Below are positions 1 through 8,355 of a DNA stretch of 60,099 bases, piece by piece. The notes under the pieces are model-generated. The model had not been told where the DNA came from. It saw nothing but the letters and a program-made list of their open reading frames with translations, and made no database searches. Source of the stretch: a virus (lineage: Duplodnaviria; Caudoviricetes); IMG/VR virus record IMGVR_UViG_3300044631_002674, positions 1 to 60,099 of that record; one strand, given 5' to 3'. Position numbers and translations under genes: made by a program. Positions within the stretch are counted from its first letter, which is position 1. The number at the start of each line of letters is the position of its first letter.

Positions 1-2
1 CT

Positions 3-257
3 ATGCCATCCTATACTGATCCCCAACTTTTTAAGTCAGACATTCATTCTAGTTATGAAACTGGTTCGGGAGTTTGGCAAAGTTATCTGACCACTCTAAC
101 AGGCTTGTTTGCGGCAAATTCTGGCACCAATCAATCCGACTATCGCGACCACCTCATCCGAGAATTTAATCGTAAAATTAGCATTTTAAATCAACCCACA
201 GGGTTGTTTATCTCGCCGTATGATGATGGTTTTAGGTTTACAGGAGTTTCAATATAA
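3..257 (+). CDS. hypothetical protein (may be the 3' end of a longer gene)
   Basis: 84-aa ORF ending just before a bidirectional terminator; window edge. Confidence 0.5.
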   Translation: MPSYTDPQLFKSDIHSSYETGSGVWQSYLTTLTGLFAANSGTNQSDYRDHLIREFNRKISILNQPTGLFISPYDDGFRFTGVSI

Positions 258-258
258 T

Positions 259-289
259 AAAAAAGGGCGGGATTTCTCCCGCCCTTTTT
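259..289. terminator. bidirectional intrinsic terminator
   Basis: AAAAA-GGGCGGGA-tttc-TCCCGCCC-TTTTT hairpin between convergent genes. Confidence 0.85.
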
Positions 290-294
290 CTTTC

Positions 295-1287
295 TTAATC
301 TTCCAAGTCAACCACTGTTCCGTCATCAGTCTCAGTCCAGTAATATCCAAGCTCATCAAGAGCATCCAATACTCGGTTCTTGGAGGGATATTCGGGCGAA
401 AAACTGTTTTGAATCTTTCGCACAGATACGCTGGCTTCACCACTCATACTTTTCTTAGTGAGATAGTCTGCTACACGCTGGACAAATTCAGAACGTGTCT
501 TGACAGATTCGCTCTCAACTGGCTCATTGTCCTCATCCACAACAGGAGCTTGAATTTCCTGCTCAAACAGTGACACAACCTTGTATGCTGACACTCGGCA
601 CTTCTGGCAAGAGTAGTCGGTTGGAACGCTAACCACATCCTTTGGATTGACCTTGACTACCACAACCACGCCACGGGCAAACCCGCGAGCATAGTCAAGA
701 CTGCCAACATGAAGACCAAAGGAGCAATGATGGTCGCGATTGTCATCCACATCACGACGCTTCACTTCAATCTCCGCGCCAACAGTGTTGAGAATGCGGC
801 CACTAGCATTCACAATTCCCTTCACGACCTTGGTTTGCTTGTTGCCACTGATGCTCCAGAAATCGCTTTCCAAGCCCTTGTAGGCAAGGAAGCAGCCATC
901 TTCCGTAATAGGAAGCTCCTTATAGGCGAGGAACTCATAGAGTTCACGAACAGAAGAAGCAGAAGGATTATCCTGAATGTTCATCCAGAACTTCTCAAAA
1001 AGATTTAGCGGCAAACCTTCACGATGAATGGAGCGCACCTTGTCGGCGAGAGCTTGTGGAAGAATTTCGCCCTTGTAAGAGACTTCTTCGGGCGAGATTT
1101 TAAATCCATTTTTTTCTGCGCGTTCAGCGGTTTTTTCAATAGCCTTGCGAACCGCAGCTTCCTGCTGACTTTCTGGCAGGTCAAAAGCCTCGATGATCTT
1201 GGCGTATTGATTGGAGCCTTTCTCAAACTTCATTGGCTTGTTGTCGAGAAAGAGGACGATTCCTGATTGATTAATGATATAATTCAT
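295..1287 (-). CDS. rIIB: rIIB-like protein
   Basis: ELYEFL..KELPITEDGCFLAYK, CSFGLHVG, VKVNPKDVVSVPTDY..KCRV motifs; downstream of rIIA; start moved to ATG 1287 behind a promoter. Confidence 0.85.
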   Translation of the reverse strand: MNYIINQSGIVLFLDNKPMKFEKGSNQYAKIIEAFDLPESQQEAAVRKAIEKTAERAEKNGFKISPEEVSYKGEILPQALADKVRSIHREGLPLNLFEKFWMNIQDNPSASSVRELYEFLAYKELPITEDGCFLAYKGLESDFWSISGNKQTKVVKGIVNASGRILNTVGAEIEVKRRDVDDNRDHHCSFGLHVGSLDYARGFARGVVVVVKVNPKDVVSVPTDYSCQKCRVSAYKVVSLFEQEIQAPVVDEDNEPVESESVKTRSEFVQRVADYLTKKSMSGEASVSVRKIQNSFSPEYPSKNRVLDALDELGYYWTETDDGTVVDLED

Positions 1288-1296
1288 GGTGCGTTT

Positions 1297-1325
1297 ATTA
1301 TAATGTGGGTTAGTGTTGTTGTCAA
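1297..1325 (-). promoter_or_regulatory. sigma70-type promoter for rIIB
   Basis: TTGACA-17nt-TATAAT, 9 nt upstream of ATG. Confidence 0.85.
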
Positions 1326-1328
1326 GAT

Positions 1329-3284
1329 TTATTTCATGCGAAGAATTTGGCGCAATTCTTGGCGAGTGAGTTGAGGATTTTGGCCATGCCAGTAGCCAGC
1401 ATTGATTTCCACGCATCGCATAATTTTGCCGCGAATAGAGTTTTCCTTGGAGACTTGATCAAAAATGCATTTGGCTTTTTTAGCGAATTTAATATTCTTT
1501 TCAGCTTTCTCCAGCATTTTCTTGGCCAAGTCAACATGAAGAAATTTCTTGTGTATGGCCTTCAATGTGTCTTGAATAGCTCTTTTGTTTGCTTCAATTT
1601 TCTGAACTTCTGCGAGTTTGTCTTTGTATTCTTGACTGTTTGCATCAAAGAACCCAAGCTCGATCAGGTTTTTTTGCATGGCAGCGCTTCTCACAACAGT
1701 TGTGACCTCACTGCTTGTTGAAGTTGTTTTTGTGACTGTGAAAGCTTGAAGCTTATGAATTGAATCGAAAGAAATATCAAGAATGTTTTCTTGCGCTTCT
1801 TCAATTGTTTTTGCTTCTGCAAGGTTGAAATCTCTCGCAAGGTTGAGATCTCTCGCAAGGTTGAAATCTCTCGCAAGATGATTATAAAATTCCAAAGCGG
1901 TAAAATGCCTGTGCGAATAATAACCGCTGGTCGCCTTGAAAGAAACGCGATAAGATTCATTCATGGCCAAGTCTTTTTTGCCGCCTTCTGTTTTTGGCCA
2001 ATTAAAAATTGTGCTTTTAATGTTGCGAAACTCAAAACTTTCAGAAAGCTTGCCGATATTGCATTGATTCAAAACATCTTGATGAACGATGTAATATTTT
2101 TTGCCATTTTTATTGGCGAGATTATTGATCTTGTCGCGCCAATACTCGCTCTTTGAAGACTTAATGACTGCGCAAATGGTTTTATTGTTGCTGTGCTTCT
2201 CGTATTGAGCGCCGTTGCCAGCACTACGAACTTGCTGAATGAAGGGATAAATGTCAGAATAAACAGCTTTCTTATAAACTGAAAAGTATTTGCCCTTGAG
2301 TTCTGGCTCTTCGCTGGTTTTCAAAAGCTCTTCAATGGTCATTGGCGCGATTGAAGAAATGTCTTCATCAATGATTTTATTGACGGTTTGCTCGATTTCA
2401 GCTTTGACTCTTTGATTGCTCGGAGTGTTTTCAAAACTCTCGCGAGAGATCGGCAAGCTCATTTTGCCAATCGGAATGTCAATAATGAGGCACTTTTTAA
2501 ACAAATGGCCTTTTTTGTGTCGGAAATCTACTGTTTCATAAACAACGTCTCCCATGCAGAACTTCACAAATGAATAATGCGATCCGACAGGAAAATTAAA
2601 GAAGCGAAAAACAAAACCATTCTTGCTAACGGTTGCAACTGGCGTTTCAGGAACGCGAACCTCATTAAAATAATGATAATTAATCTTCTGAGAGCAAAAA
2701 GAAATAAAATCTTGGCATTTGCCATTGAACGAATATTTATCGCCGCTCTTGATGCTCAAATAAACTTCCAAGCCAGACTCGCTTGTTTCTTCCTCGCTCA
2801 CTTTGAGAATGTGACCAACAGGAACGCCAGTGTTGCCGCCGCCCAATGCGCAAACATAGAGTGTGCAAACGCCGTTATGATGACTTTTAACGTAGAAAGT
2901 GTCAGTGTAGGCGTGCGCACTTTTAGCGCCCAACCCGAACGAGCCAGATTGAATATTATTATCACGCTTTGTGCTTTTGAAATACATTCCGAACACGTTT
3001 CTAATTTCTTGTTCAGACAGTCCTTTTGCATAATCGCGAACAAAAAATTCAATTTCACCATCTCCCCTCAGTCCAAAATCAACTGCTCGATCAACTTTAT
3101 ATTTGATATGTTCGTCAAGTGCATTACAAACATATTCACGAATCACTGCGAGAATTTTATCAGAATAAATCTTGTCTCTCAAAAAGTAACAAGCTTGGTC
3201 GAGTCCAGATGAATCCATTCCCATTACAGAAGAACTCATATTTTCGGATGCAATAAGTGGTGAGGCAGAGAGTTGTAGTTTCAT
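1329..3284 (-). CDS. rIIA: rIIA-like protein (N-terminal GHKL/HATPase domain)
   Basis: IYSDKILAVIREYVCNALD, VRDYAKGLS, YFKSTK, GSFGLGAKS motifs; adjacent to rIIB. Confidence 0.85.
   Translation of the reverse strand: MKLQLSASPLIASENMSSSVMGMDSSGLDQACYFLRDKIYSDKILAVIREYVCNALDEHIKYKVDRAVDFGLRGDGEIEFFVRDYAKGLSEQEIRNVFGMYFKSTKRDNNIQSGSFGLGAKSAHAYTDTFYVKSHHNGVCTLYVCALGGGNTGVPVGHILKVSEEETSESGLEVYLSIKSGDKYSFNGKCQDFISFCSQKINYHYFNEVRVPETPVATVSKNGFVFRFFNFPVGSHYSFVKFCMGDVVYETVDFRHKKGHLFKKCLIIDIPIGKMSLPISRESFENTPSNQRVKAEIEQTVNKIIDEDISSIAPMTIEELLKTSEEPELKGKYFSVYKKAVYSDIYPFIQQVRSAGNGAQYEKHSNNKTICAVIKSSKSEYWRDKINNLANKNGKKYYIVHQDVLNQCNIGKLSESFEFRNIKSTIFNWPKTEGGKKDLAMNESYRVSFKATSGYYSHRHFTALEFYNHLARDFNLARDLNLARDFNLAEAKTIEEAQENILDISFDSIHKLQAFTVTKTTSTSSEVTTVVRSAAMQKNLIELGFFDANSQEYKDKLAEVQKIEANKRAIQDTLKAIHKKFLHVDLAKKMLEKAEKNIKFAKKAKCIFDQVSKENSIRGKIMRCVEINAGYWHGQNPQLTRQELRQILRMK
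1819..1877. repeat. 18-bp tandem repeat x3 inside rIIA
   Basis: gcaaggttga(a/g)atctctc x3, encoding LARDFN-LARDLN-LARDFN. Confidence 0.9.
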
Positions 3285-3292
3285 GATGACTT

Positions 3293-3320
3293 AATCTAGT
3301 TTTATTTCAACAATTGTCAA
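3293..3320 (-). promoter_or_regulatory. sigma70-type promoter for rIIA
   Basis: TTGACA-16nt-TAGATT, 8 nt upstream of ATG. Confidence 0.7.
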
Positions 3321-3488
3321 GATTTTTCGTGAACAAAATGTAGTATAGAGTATGCGCTGGTTGATTTATAAAATCATTAACACTGTATTTTATTAATTTT
3401 AATTTGGGCGGTCTGCTTTATCTCCTATCACAGTCGAGAATCACTGTATAGAATCGGAGGCTGACTCGCAATCTCGAAAATTTATTAA

Positions 3489-3616
3489 TGAGCGCGGCAG
3501 GATTGGTTGCCTGCAAAGTCAGGTTTGGGCCTCAAGTCCGTAGCGCCCTGCCTGTCTTCCACAAAGACTTATAACGGCGTCGTCTCTGCACTCGCGTCTA
3601 ATTCCGCCACGCGCTC
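3489..3616 (-). ncRNA. tRNA-like structured RNA with an enlarged, non-canonical central domain
   Basis: 7-bp acceptor stem GAGCGCG/CGCGCTC plus A; TG linker; D-arm GCG-GAATTAGA-CGC; T-like arm GCAGG-CAACCAAT-CCTGC; about 80-nt branched insert; no canonical anticodon arm. Confidence 0.65.
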
Positions 3617-3622
3617 AAATTT

Positions 3623-3973
3623 TTAATCATTAATTAGTTCAGCAATTTTGCTGTTGATATTTTTGACGAAACGGTATTCGCCGTCATTCAAAAATTCTAG
3701 AATGGTTTCAGACGAAACTGGCTTTTCAAAGTCGCTGAAAGGCTCCAAACCGTTAAGTCCTGCAATCTGAAAAGTGTTGTAATCATTGTCACAAGGAACA
3801 ATCAAGACTCTTGCATTCCCAGAAGGATGCGAGTAAACGTCTCCGCCTGCAAAAAACTCGATTTCATGAAAGTTTGTCGTTTCTTCTTCATAATCTTCGA
3901 TCACGCCAAGGGAGAGAAGCTTGTCGAAATTAACAGTGTATTCTTTGTTGTTGAGGGTAAGTTTTGCGTTCAT
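3623..3973 (-). CDS. hypothetical protein
   Basis: 116-aa ORF with its own promoter. Confidence 0.75.
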   Translation of the reverse strand: MNAKLTLNNKEYTVNFDKLLSLGVIEDYEEETTNFHEIEFFAGGDVYSHPSGNARVLIVPCDNDYNTFQIAGLNGLEPFSDFEKPVSSETILEFLNDGEYRFVKNINSKIAELIND

Positions 3974-3979
3974 GTCTGT

Positions 3980-4008
3980 AGTATAGTTTGGTTTTTAGCT
4001 GTTGTCAA
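3980..4008 (-). promoter_or_regulatory. sigma70-type promoter
   Basis: TTGACA-17nt-TATACT, 6 nt upstream of ATG. Confidence 0.8.
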
Positions 4009-4199
4009 TCAATAAAACTGAATTTGAGTTGATTTTTGTTTTCGGGTTCGGGTTCTTGAAGTTCTGCCGCGATTTCTGGGAAAGCATCTGTGAGAAAATG
4101 CTCGACCAAAAGTTCAGTCATTGAAGCGTTTTCGCGCTTAATAGATTCTTGCAGGGATTGAATTGAGTTTTTAATTGCGAGTTTTTGGTTCTTTTTCAT
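4005..4199 (-). CDS. hypothetical protein
   Basis: 64-aa ORF in the minus-strand gene run. Confidence 0.6.
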   Translation of the reverse strand: MKKNQKLAIKNSIQSLQESIKRENASMTELLVEHFLTDAFPEIAAELQEPEPENKNQLKFSFID

Positions 4200-4273
4200 G
4201 TTAAAAAAATATCATTTTAATGCCCAAAAAACAGCCAAACAAGGCTATAATCAAGAGAATTAATGTTTGGTAA

Positions 4274-4468
4274 TCAGTTGAGAGGCTCATTTTGAATCGA
4301 AAGAATGCGCTGCTGAAACAACATTAAAAGCAAACTTAGTTGTTCACTGTCGCAATTAGAAAAAAAATCATCGCCGCTTTCAGTATTAAAGCCAATCACT
4401 AAATATTTGTCATACGCGGATTCAAGATGAGCGGATGCTAGGGTTTTGGCGACTTCAATTTTGTCCAT
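4274..4468 (-). CDS. hypothetical protein
   Basis: 64-aa ORF coupled to the upstream gene. Confidence 0.6.
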   Translation of the reverse strand: MDKIEVAKTLASAHLESAYDKYLVIGFNTESGDDFFSNCDSEQLSLLLMLFQQRILSIQNEPLN

Positions 4469-4643
4469 AAAATGCCTCGAAAGTGTCTTTGTTGAGTTGG
4501 CGAGCGTCTTCTAGTTCTGCGGAAAGAGTTTCTAAACGATCTGCCGCTTCAAAAAGGCAAGCATTAACAATGCCGTCGTTTGTTTCTATTTCGTTTGCTA
4601 AGATTCGCAATGCTGAAATTAGAGTTTCTGTTGAGGAGTTCAT
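4455..4643 (-). CDS. hypothetical protein
   Basis: 62-aa ORF, ATGA overlap. Confidence 0.6.
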   Translation of the reverse strand: MNSSTETLISALRILANEIETNDGIVNACLFEAADRLETLSAELEDARQLNKDTFEAFYGQN

Positions 4644-4888
4644 TTGAATTGGTTGAGATGTTCTATGATAGCGCTAATGGATTCTTTGTCAAGAACCATT
4701 TGATCGCCATAGGGTCTTCCACCCGTTAAAATTTGCCAGCAATAGCGCAGTCTTTGCCGCCATGATAGTTTATTGTTGTTTCCATAATGCCCCCAAATGG
4801 ACAAATCAAGAACCTCTAATTCTTCATCCCATTCAAGATGAAGGAGTTCGCTGTGGCAACTGCACTTGATTGTTTTGGTTTTATTCAT
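4640..4888 (-). CDS. hypothetical protein
   Basis: start reassigned to MNKTKTIKCSCH (ATG 4888). Confidence 0.6.
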   Translation of the reverse strand: MNKTKTIKCSCHSELLHLEWDEELEVLDLSIWGHYGNNNKLSWRQRLRYCWQILTGGRPYGDQMVLDKESISAIIEHLNQFK

Positions 4889-5390
4889 GTTTGCAAATAT
4901 ACACGTTTTTTTGACTGTTCTCAAAGATTTGATGGAGAATGTCTTGCACCTTTTCCCAATCAGCGCCACCCAAACCACAGCCGATTTTATATGGAATATA
5001 AATGTCCATCAATGTATTTGATGCGTCTTTCATCAAACCACCAAAATTTAATGTTTCTATGTCATTACCAGCAAAGTAAGTACTAGCAATTCTTTTAAAG
5101 CCAGAGATTAATGCCGCATATTCTGTTTGTTGTTTTCCAGTTCCGATGCCATATTGGCCAAAGAGATTAGCAACAACGACATTATGCGCAACATTCACTT
5201 CAAAAACGCTGCCCAACAGCATAATAGAAGATTTTCGATGCTGCACATATTCCTTGTATTTTTCTGCATTTTTGGGCCATTTGCGGGCAATTGCGCCAGC
5301 AAGACCGCCAACTGCTCCAATGCAGTTGACGCTGTGAACAATGACGCCTTTATCTACTGCAAGAATGTCTTTATTGATTGTTGTTATCAT
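4881..5390 (-). CDS. macrodomain protein (Poa1p/DarG-like ADP-ribose processing)
   Basis: DIL...VHSVNCIG..GGLAGAIARKWP, VANLFGQ, PYKIGCGLGGADW motifs. Confidence 0.85.
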   Translation of the reverse strand: MITTINKDILAVDKGVIVHSVNCIGAVGGLAGAIARKWPKNAEKYKEYVQHRKSSIMLLGSVFEVNVAHNVVVANLFGQYGIGTGKQQTEYAALISGFKRIASTYFAGNDIETLNFGGLMKDASNTLMDIYIPYKIGCGLGGADWEKVQDILHQIFENSQKNVYICKHE

Positions 5391-5391
5391 A

Positions 5392-5598
5392 TTAATCTGT
5401 GTCAATTTTTTTGTAGCCTTTGCCGCTATCCACTTCAATCACAACTGATATGGTTTCTGTATCCCCACTTCCTCCAAAGAGGAACTCACCAGCGTCATCT
5501 GCTACATACAATGCATGGCTCTTAACATTACTCATAGAGCCTTTGTATTCGTATTCTCTAATCACTGTGAATGTTTCGCGGATTTTATGAGTTTTCAT
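5392..5598 (-). CDS. hypothetical protein
   Basis: 68-aa ORF, tightly packed. Confidence 0.6.
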   Translation of the reverse strand: MKTHKIRETFTVIREYEYKGSMSNVKSHALYVADDAGEFLFGGSGDTETISVVIEVDSGKGYKKIDTD

Positions 5599-5854
5599 TG
5601 AATTTGATCATGTATTGTTCTTTGTTTTGAAACATGTGCATTAAAGAAGATTTAAAAGTCTTTTCAAACTCTATTTGTTTGCTTTCTGGAACATGAGACA
5701 GGAACGCTTCATATAATGAAACCAAAGAACCTGCTATAAACACTGGATCGAAAGCTACATTTTGATTTTGATTTAAAATCTTAGCAGCAGGGTAGAGTTT
5801 ATTATTGTCTTCATATTGACCAAGCAAAGCTATGGATTGAATTTGTTCTTGCAT
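5585..5854 (-). CDS. hypothetical protein (probable paralog of 15559..15816)
   Basis: 89-aa ORF; shares the AAK...P....L..L...F....PE..Q pattern. Confidence 0.65.
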   Translation of the reverse strand: MQEQIQSIALLGQYEDNNKLYPAAKILNQNQNVAFDPVFIAGSLVSLYEAFLSHVPESKQIEFEKTFKSSLMHMFQNKEQYMIKFNENS

Positions 5855-5866
5855 ATTATTCTTTAT

Positions 5867-5888
5867 TATAGAGTTTATCCCACAATTT
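5867..5888. repeat. 22-bp direct repeat, copy 1 (copy 2 at 6661-6682)
   Basis: tatagagttt(a/g)tcccacaattt, 21/22 identical. Confidence 0.85.
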
Positions 5889-6642
5889 CTTCGACAATAT
5901 TGATCATTTTTTGATTAAATTCTTCTCTCTTGCCAGCATAAGCAGCAGCATCAGCAGCATCAGCAACAGCAGAAGCAGCATGAGCATAAGCAGCATAAGC
6001 ATGAGCAGCAGCATAATCAGCATCAGCAGCAGCAGCATGAGCAGCAGCATCAGCAGCAGCATGAGCAGCATGAGCAGCAGCATGAGCAGCAGCATAATCA
6101 GCAGCAGCATGAGCAGCAGCATCAGCAGCATTAGCAGCATCAGCAGCAGCATCAGCAGCAGCATAAGCAGCATAAGCATGAGCATAAGCAGCAGCATCAG
6201 CAGCAGCATCAGCAGCAGCATGAGCAGCATCAGCAGCAGCAACAGTGCGATCACTACCATCTAACCATTTGTCTGCCCAAGAGTTCCATGACCCATTTTT
6301 ATATACTAATTTTGCCACCTTGATGGCAAATTCTATTTTTTGTTCAAGAGAGATTTCAGGAAGACTGATTTCCTTGATTAATGTTTGGCTTTTACTGGCA
6401 AATTTTAATCCATCATTATTACAAATCCCATCAACTTGAATCTCAAAAAGCTTTGGTTTTCTAATATTAGCATGAATTGGATTAAAAATGACTGCCAACA
6501 TTGGATGATTATAACAATGTAATACTTGATCTGTACACATCTCATTGCCCTGCTTTGAGACAAAAATAGGAACTCCGATTTCCCATTTTGTATCATTATG
6601 GCTAGTCATTTCTTGAGAGAGAAGTTTATAATATTTTTGCAT
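5875..6642 (-). CDS. hypothetical protein with Ala-rich low-complexity tract
   Basis: globular N-terminus (MQKYYKLL...), then about 100 codons of mainly A/D/H/Y. Confidence 0.75.
   Translation of the reverse strand: MQKYYKLLSQEMTSHNDTKWEIGVPIFVSKQGNEMCTDQVLHCYNHPMLAVIFNPIHANIRKPKLFEIQVDGICNNDGLKFASKSQTLIKEISLPEISLEQKIEFAIKVAKLVYKNGSWNSWADKWLDGSDRTVAAADAAHAAADAAADAAAYAHAYAAYAAADAAADAANAADAAAHAAADYAAAHAAAHAAHAAADAAAHAAAADADYAAAHAYAAYAHAASAVADAADAAAYAGKREEFNQKMINIVEEIVG
5935..6241. repeat. GCT/NAT trinucleotide low-complexity repeat
   Basis: (agc)n interrupted by atc/atg/ata on the plus strand. Confidence 0.9.
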
Positions 6643-6649
6643 AAATTTG

Positions 6650-7066
6650 CTATTTTTTACTATAGAGTTTGTCCCACAATTTGTCAACTTCATTTAGTGC
6701 ATTTTTAGCAATGTCTGGCCACCCTGCCGCTCCATAATCCATATCAGCAATTTCTTTCAAAGCATTAAACATCACCGCCCATTGATCTTGGAAACAATTA
6801 TAATCTTTTAAATTGATTTCGCCGTATTTACAAACCACTTCTTCACAATGAATAGGAGGGCAGCAGCCAGTTTCTCCACAGCTATCGCATTTGGCGCAGT
6901 ATGGTGATTCTTCGCTATCAATTTGAGATTGAATTTCTTTGCTAATATTCTTTTTGCTTGATTCAATCCCACAAATAATTGTTTCACCTTCTGCTGTTCC
7001 TCCAAGCATCTCCTCAACAATACTTGCAGCAGTATCTAGTCCATCATTATAGTCTTGTTTATTCAT
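6650..7066 (-). CDS. hypothetical Cys-rich protein
   Basis: CxxCxxCGETGCCPPIHC...C motif. Confidence 0.7.
   Translation of the reverse strand: MNKQDYNDGLDTAASIVEEMLGGTAEGETIICGIESSKKNISKEIQSQIDSEESPYCAKCDSCGETGCCPPIHCEEVVCKYGEINLKDYNCFQDQWAVMFNALKEIADMDYGAAGWPDIAKNALNEVDKLWDKLYSKK
6659..6687 (-). promoter_or_regulatory. sigma70-type promoter (contains direct-repeat copy 2)
   Basis: TTGACA-17nt-TATAGT. Confidence 0.75.
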
Positions 7067-7514
7067 TGTTTTTAATTAGTTCAGAGTTCTCAAAAATATT
7101 GCCAGATACCATAGATGCTCTAGCCTCTCGACCAAAAGATTCAAATTTGGGCCAATGATAACGATTATAATAAGGACATGTAGCAATCCACCGATAGTCA
7201 GCCCACATCACTTCGTAATAAAGATCGCTATATTTTAGAATGTCGCCTTCGTAAATTTCTTTTCCATTTTTGTCCTTCAATCTAGTATATTGCTGAATAA
7301 CGTATCTTGGTTCTTTGACGATTTCTGCTCCTTCAAAATAATAATCAACAGCAGGAGAAGATGTAAAGCTATCGCAGCCATAATCTCCAACATAATCAAC
7401 AAGATTGCCTGTGAATGGGCAAATTGCCCAATTGCTGTAGCAATGAAAACTGCTGCTATTTTTTAGCCAATTTTTATTCTGTTTATCCCAGATTCGGAAT
7501 TTAAATCTATTCAT
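7059..7514 (-). CDS. YopX family protein
   Basis: KFRIWDK...QQYTRLKDKNGKEIYEGDIL...GNIFEN. Confidence 0.85.
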   Translation of the reverse strand: MNRFKFRIWDKQNKNWLKNSSSFHCYSNWAICPFTGNLVDYVGDYGCDSFTSSPAVDYYFEGAEIVKEPRYVIQQYTRLKDKNGKEIYEGDILKYSDLYYEVMWADYRWIATCPYYNRYHWPKFESFGREARASMVSGNIFENSELIKNNE

Positions 7515-7887
7515 TGTTATTGTCTTTTTTCGTTTCGAAGATGTTGCCAATAACTTTTAAAGAAGGTTTGTGCCAATTTCTTGAAGCGATATTAAACGCT
7601 CCGTTATTAAATACAACTTCGTGTTTTATAGTCTCAGCATGACGGTATTCTTCGTCGTAAAAGGAACCAGAAACAATATCGCCTTCGTAAATGTCATTTC
7701 CTTTGGAGTCTTTCAATCCAGTGTATTGCTGGATAACATAATCATTTTCTGGCAAAACATTATCATAACCGCCATGATAAACTAGACCCACCAAAGAGAT
7801 TGCTAAGCGTTGATGTGAAGCATCCCATTCATAAATCCACTTTTTATTCTGTTTATCCCAAATGCGGAATTTTAGTTGTCTATTCAT
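7507..7887 (-). CDS. YopX family protein
   Basis: KFRIWDK...QQYTGLKDSKGNDIYEGDIV...VIGNIFE. Confidence 0.88.
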   Translation of the reverse strand: MNRQLKFRIWDKQNKKWIYEWDASHQRLAISLVGLVYHGGYDNVLPENDYVIQQYTGLKDSKGNDIYEGDIVSGSFYDEEYRHAETIKHEVVFNNGAFNIASRNWHKPSLKVIGNIFETKKDNNNE

Positions 7888-8063
7888 TTGTTTTGTGTGG
7901 TTAATACAAAGATAACTTTATTAGTTATAGGGTTGATAGCCCATTCATAACTTATTACTTTGCCATCCTTTACTTCAAAATCTTTAACATAGTACTCAAT
8001 AAGTGTAGATAAATCTACCGCTATAGTTACTTCATCATATTCTTTATTTGGAGGATCAAACAT
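7884..8063 (-). CDS. hypothetical protein (59 aa, not in ORF track)
   Basis: MFDPPNKEYDEVTIAVDL...TTQNK*, ATGA overlap with YopX. Confidence 0.55.
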   Translation of the reverse strand: MFDPPNKEYDEVTIAVDLSTLIEYYVKDFEVKDGKVISYEWAINPITNKVIFVLTTQNK

Positions 8064-8084
8064 ATTTTTAATTAAAATTAATTA

Positions 8085-8354
8085 CTACTTTATTGGCCAT
8101 TCAAACATTGAGAGATGAAAGAAATGATCGCCTTCAATTTCCTCCAACCAAACAGCACACCAGCTAGAATAAACTTCACAATTTCGAACTGTATAAATCT
8201 GCCCAAGCATAAGGTTGTCTTTGGCGAATTGAATGACGTTGGTGTAGTGTGGGTAAAATTTTCCATCAGCACCTTGAAAGCGAACTTTGTCGCCAGTTTC
8301 GGGCCATTCCCATTTTTGAGTTGGGCATCGTTGTTGAAATTGTTCTTTGTTCAT
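8085..8354 (-). CDS. hypothetical protein
   Basis: ORF with probable start MNKEQF. Confidence 0.65.
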   Translation of the reverse strand: MNKEQFQQRCPTQKWEWPETGDKVRFQGADGKFYPHYTNVIQFAKDNLMLGQIYTVRNCEVYSSWCAVWLEEIEGDHFFHLSMFEWPIK

Positions 8355-8355
8355 A

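Noticed and set aside
220-3212. Numerous antisense or overlapping ORFs in rIIA/rIIB (and similar ones elsewhere in the ORF track)
   Set aside because: They overlap well-supported genes, lack motifs and lack upstream signals
3489-3616. Canonical tRNA-Leu/Ser or tmRNA
   Set aside because: No 7-nt anticodon loop, no TTC in the T-loop, too long for a tRNA, and too short and lacking the Ala G3-U70 identity for tmRNA
5935-6241. Diversity-generating retroelement variable region (NNT codons could derive from AAT)
   Set aside because: No reverse transcriptase or template repeat in the window, and the strong GCT bias fits slippage better
5904-6264. Poly-Leu/Met and poly-Ser ORFs
   Set aside because: Alternative-frame shadows of the GCT/NAT repeat in the Ala-rich gene
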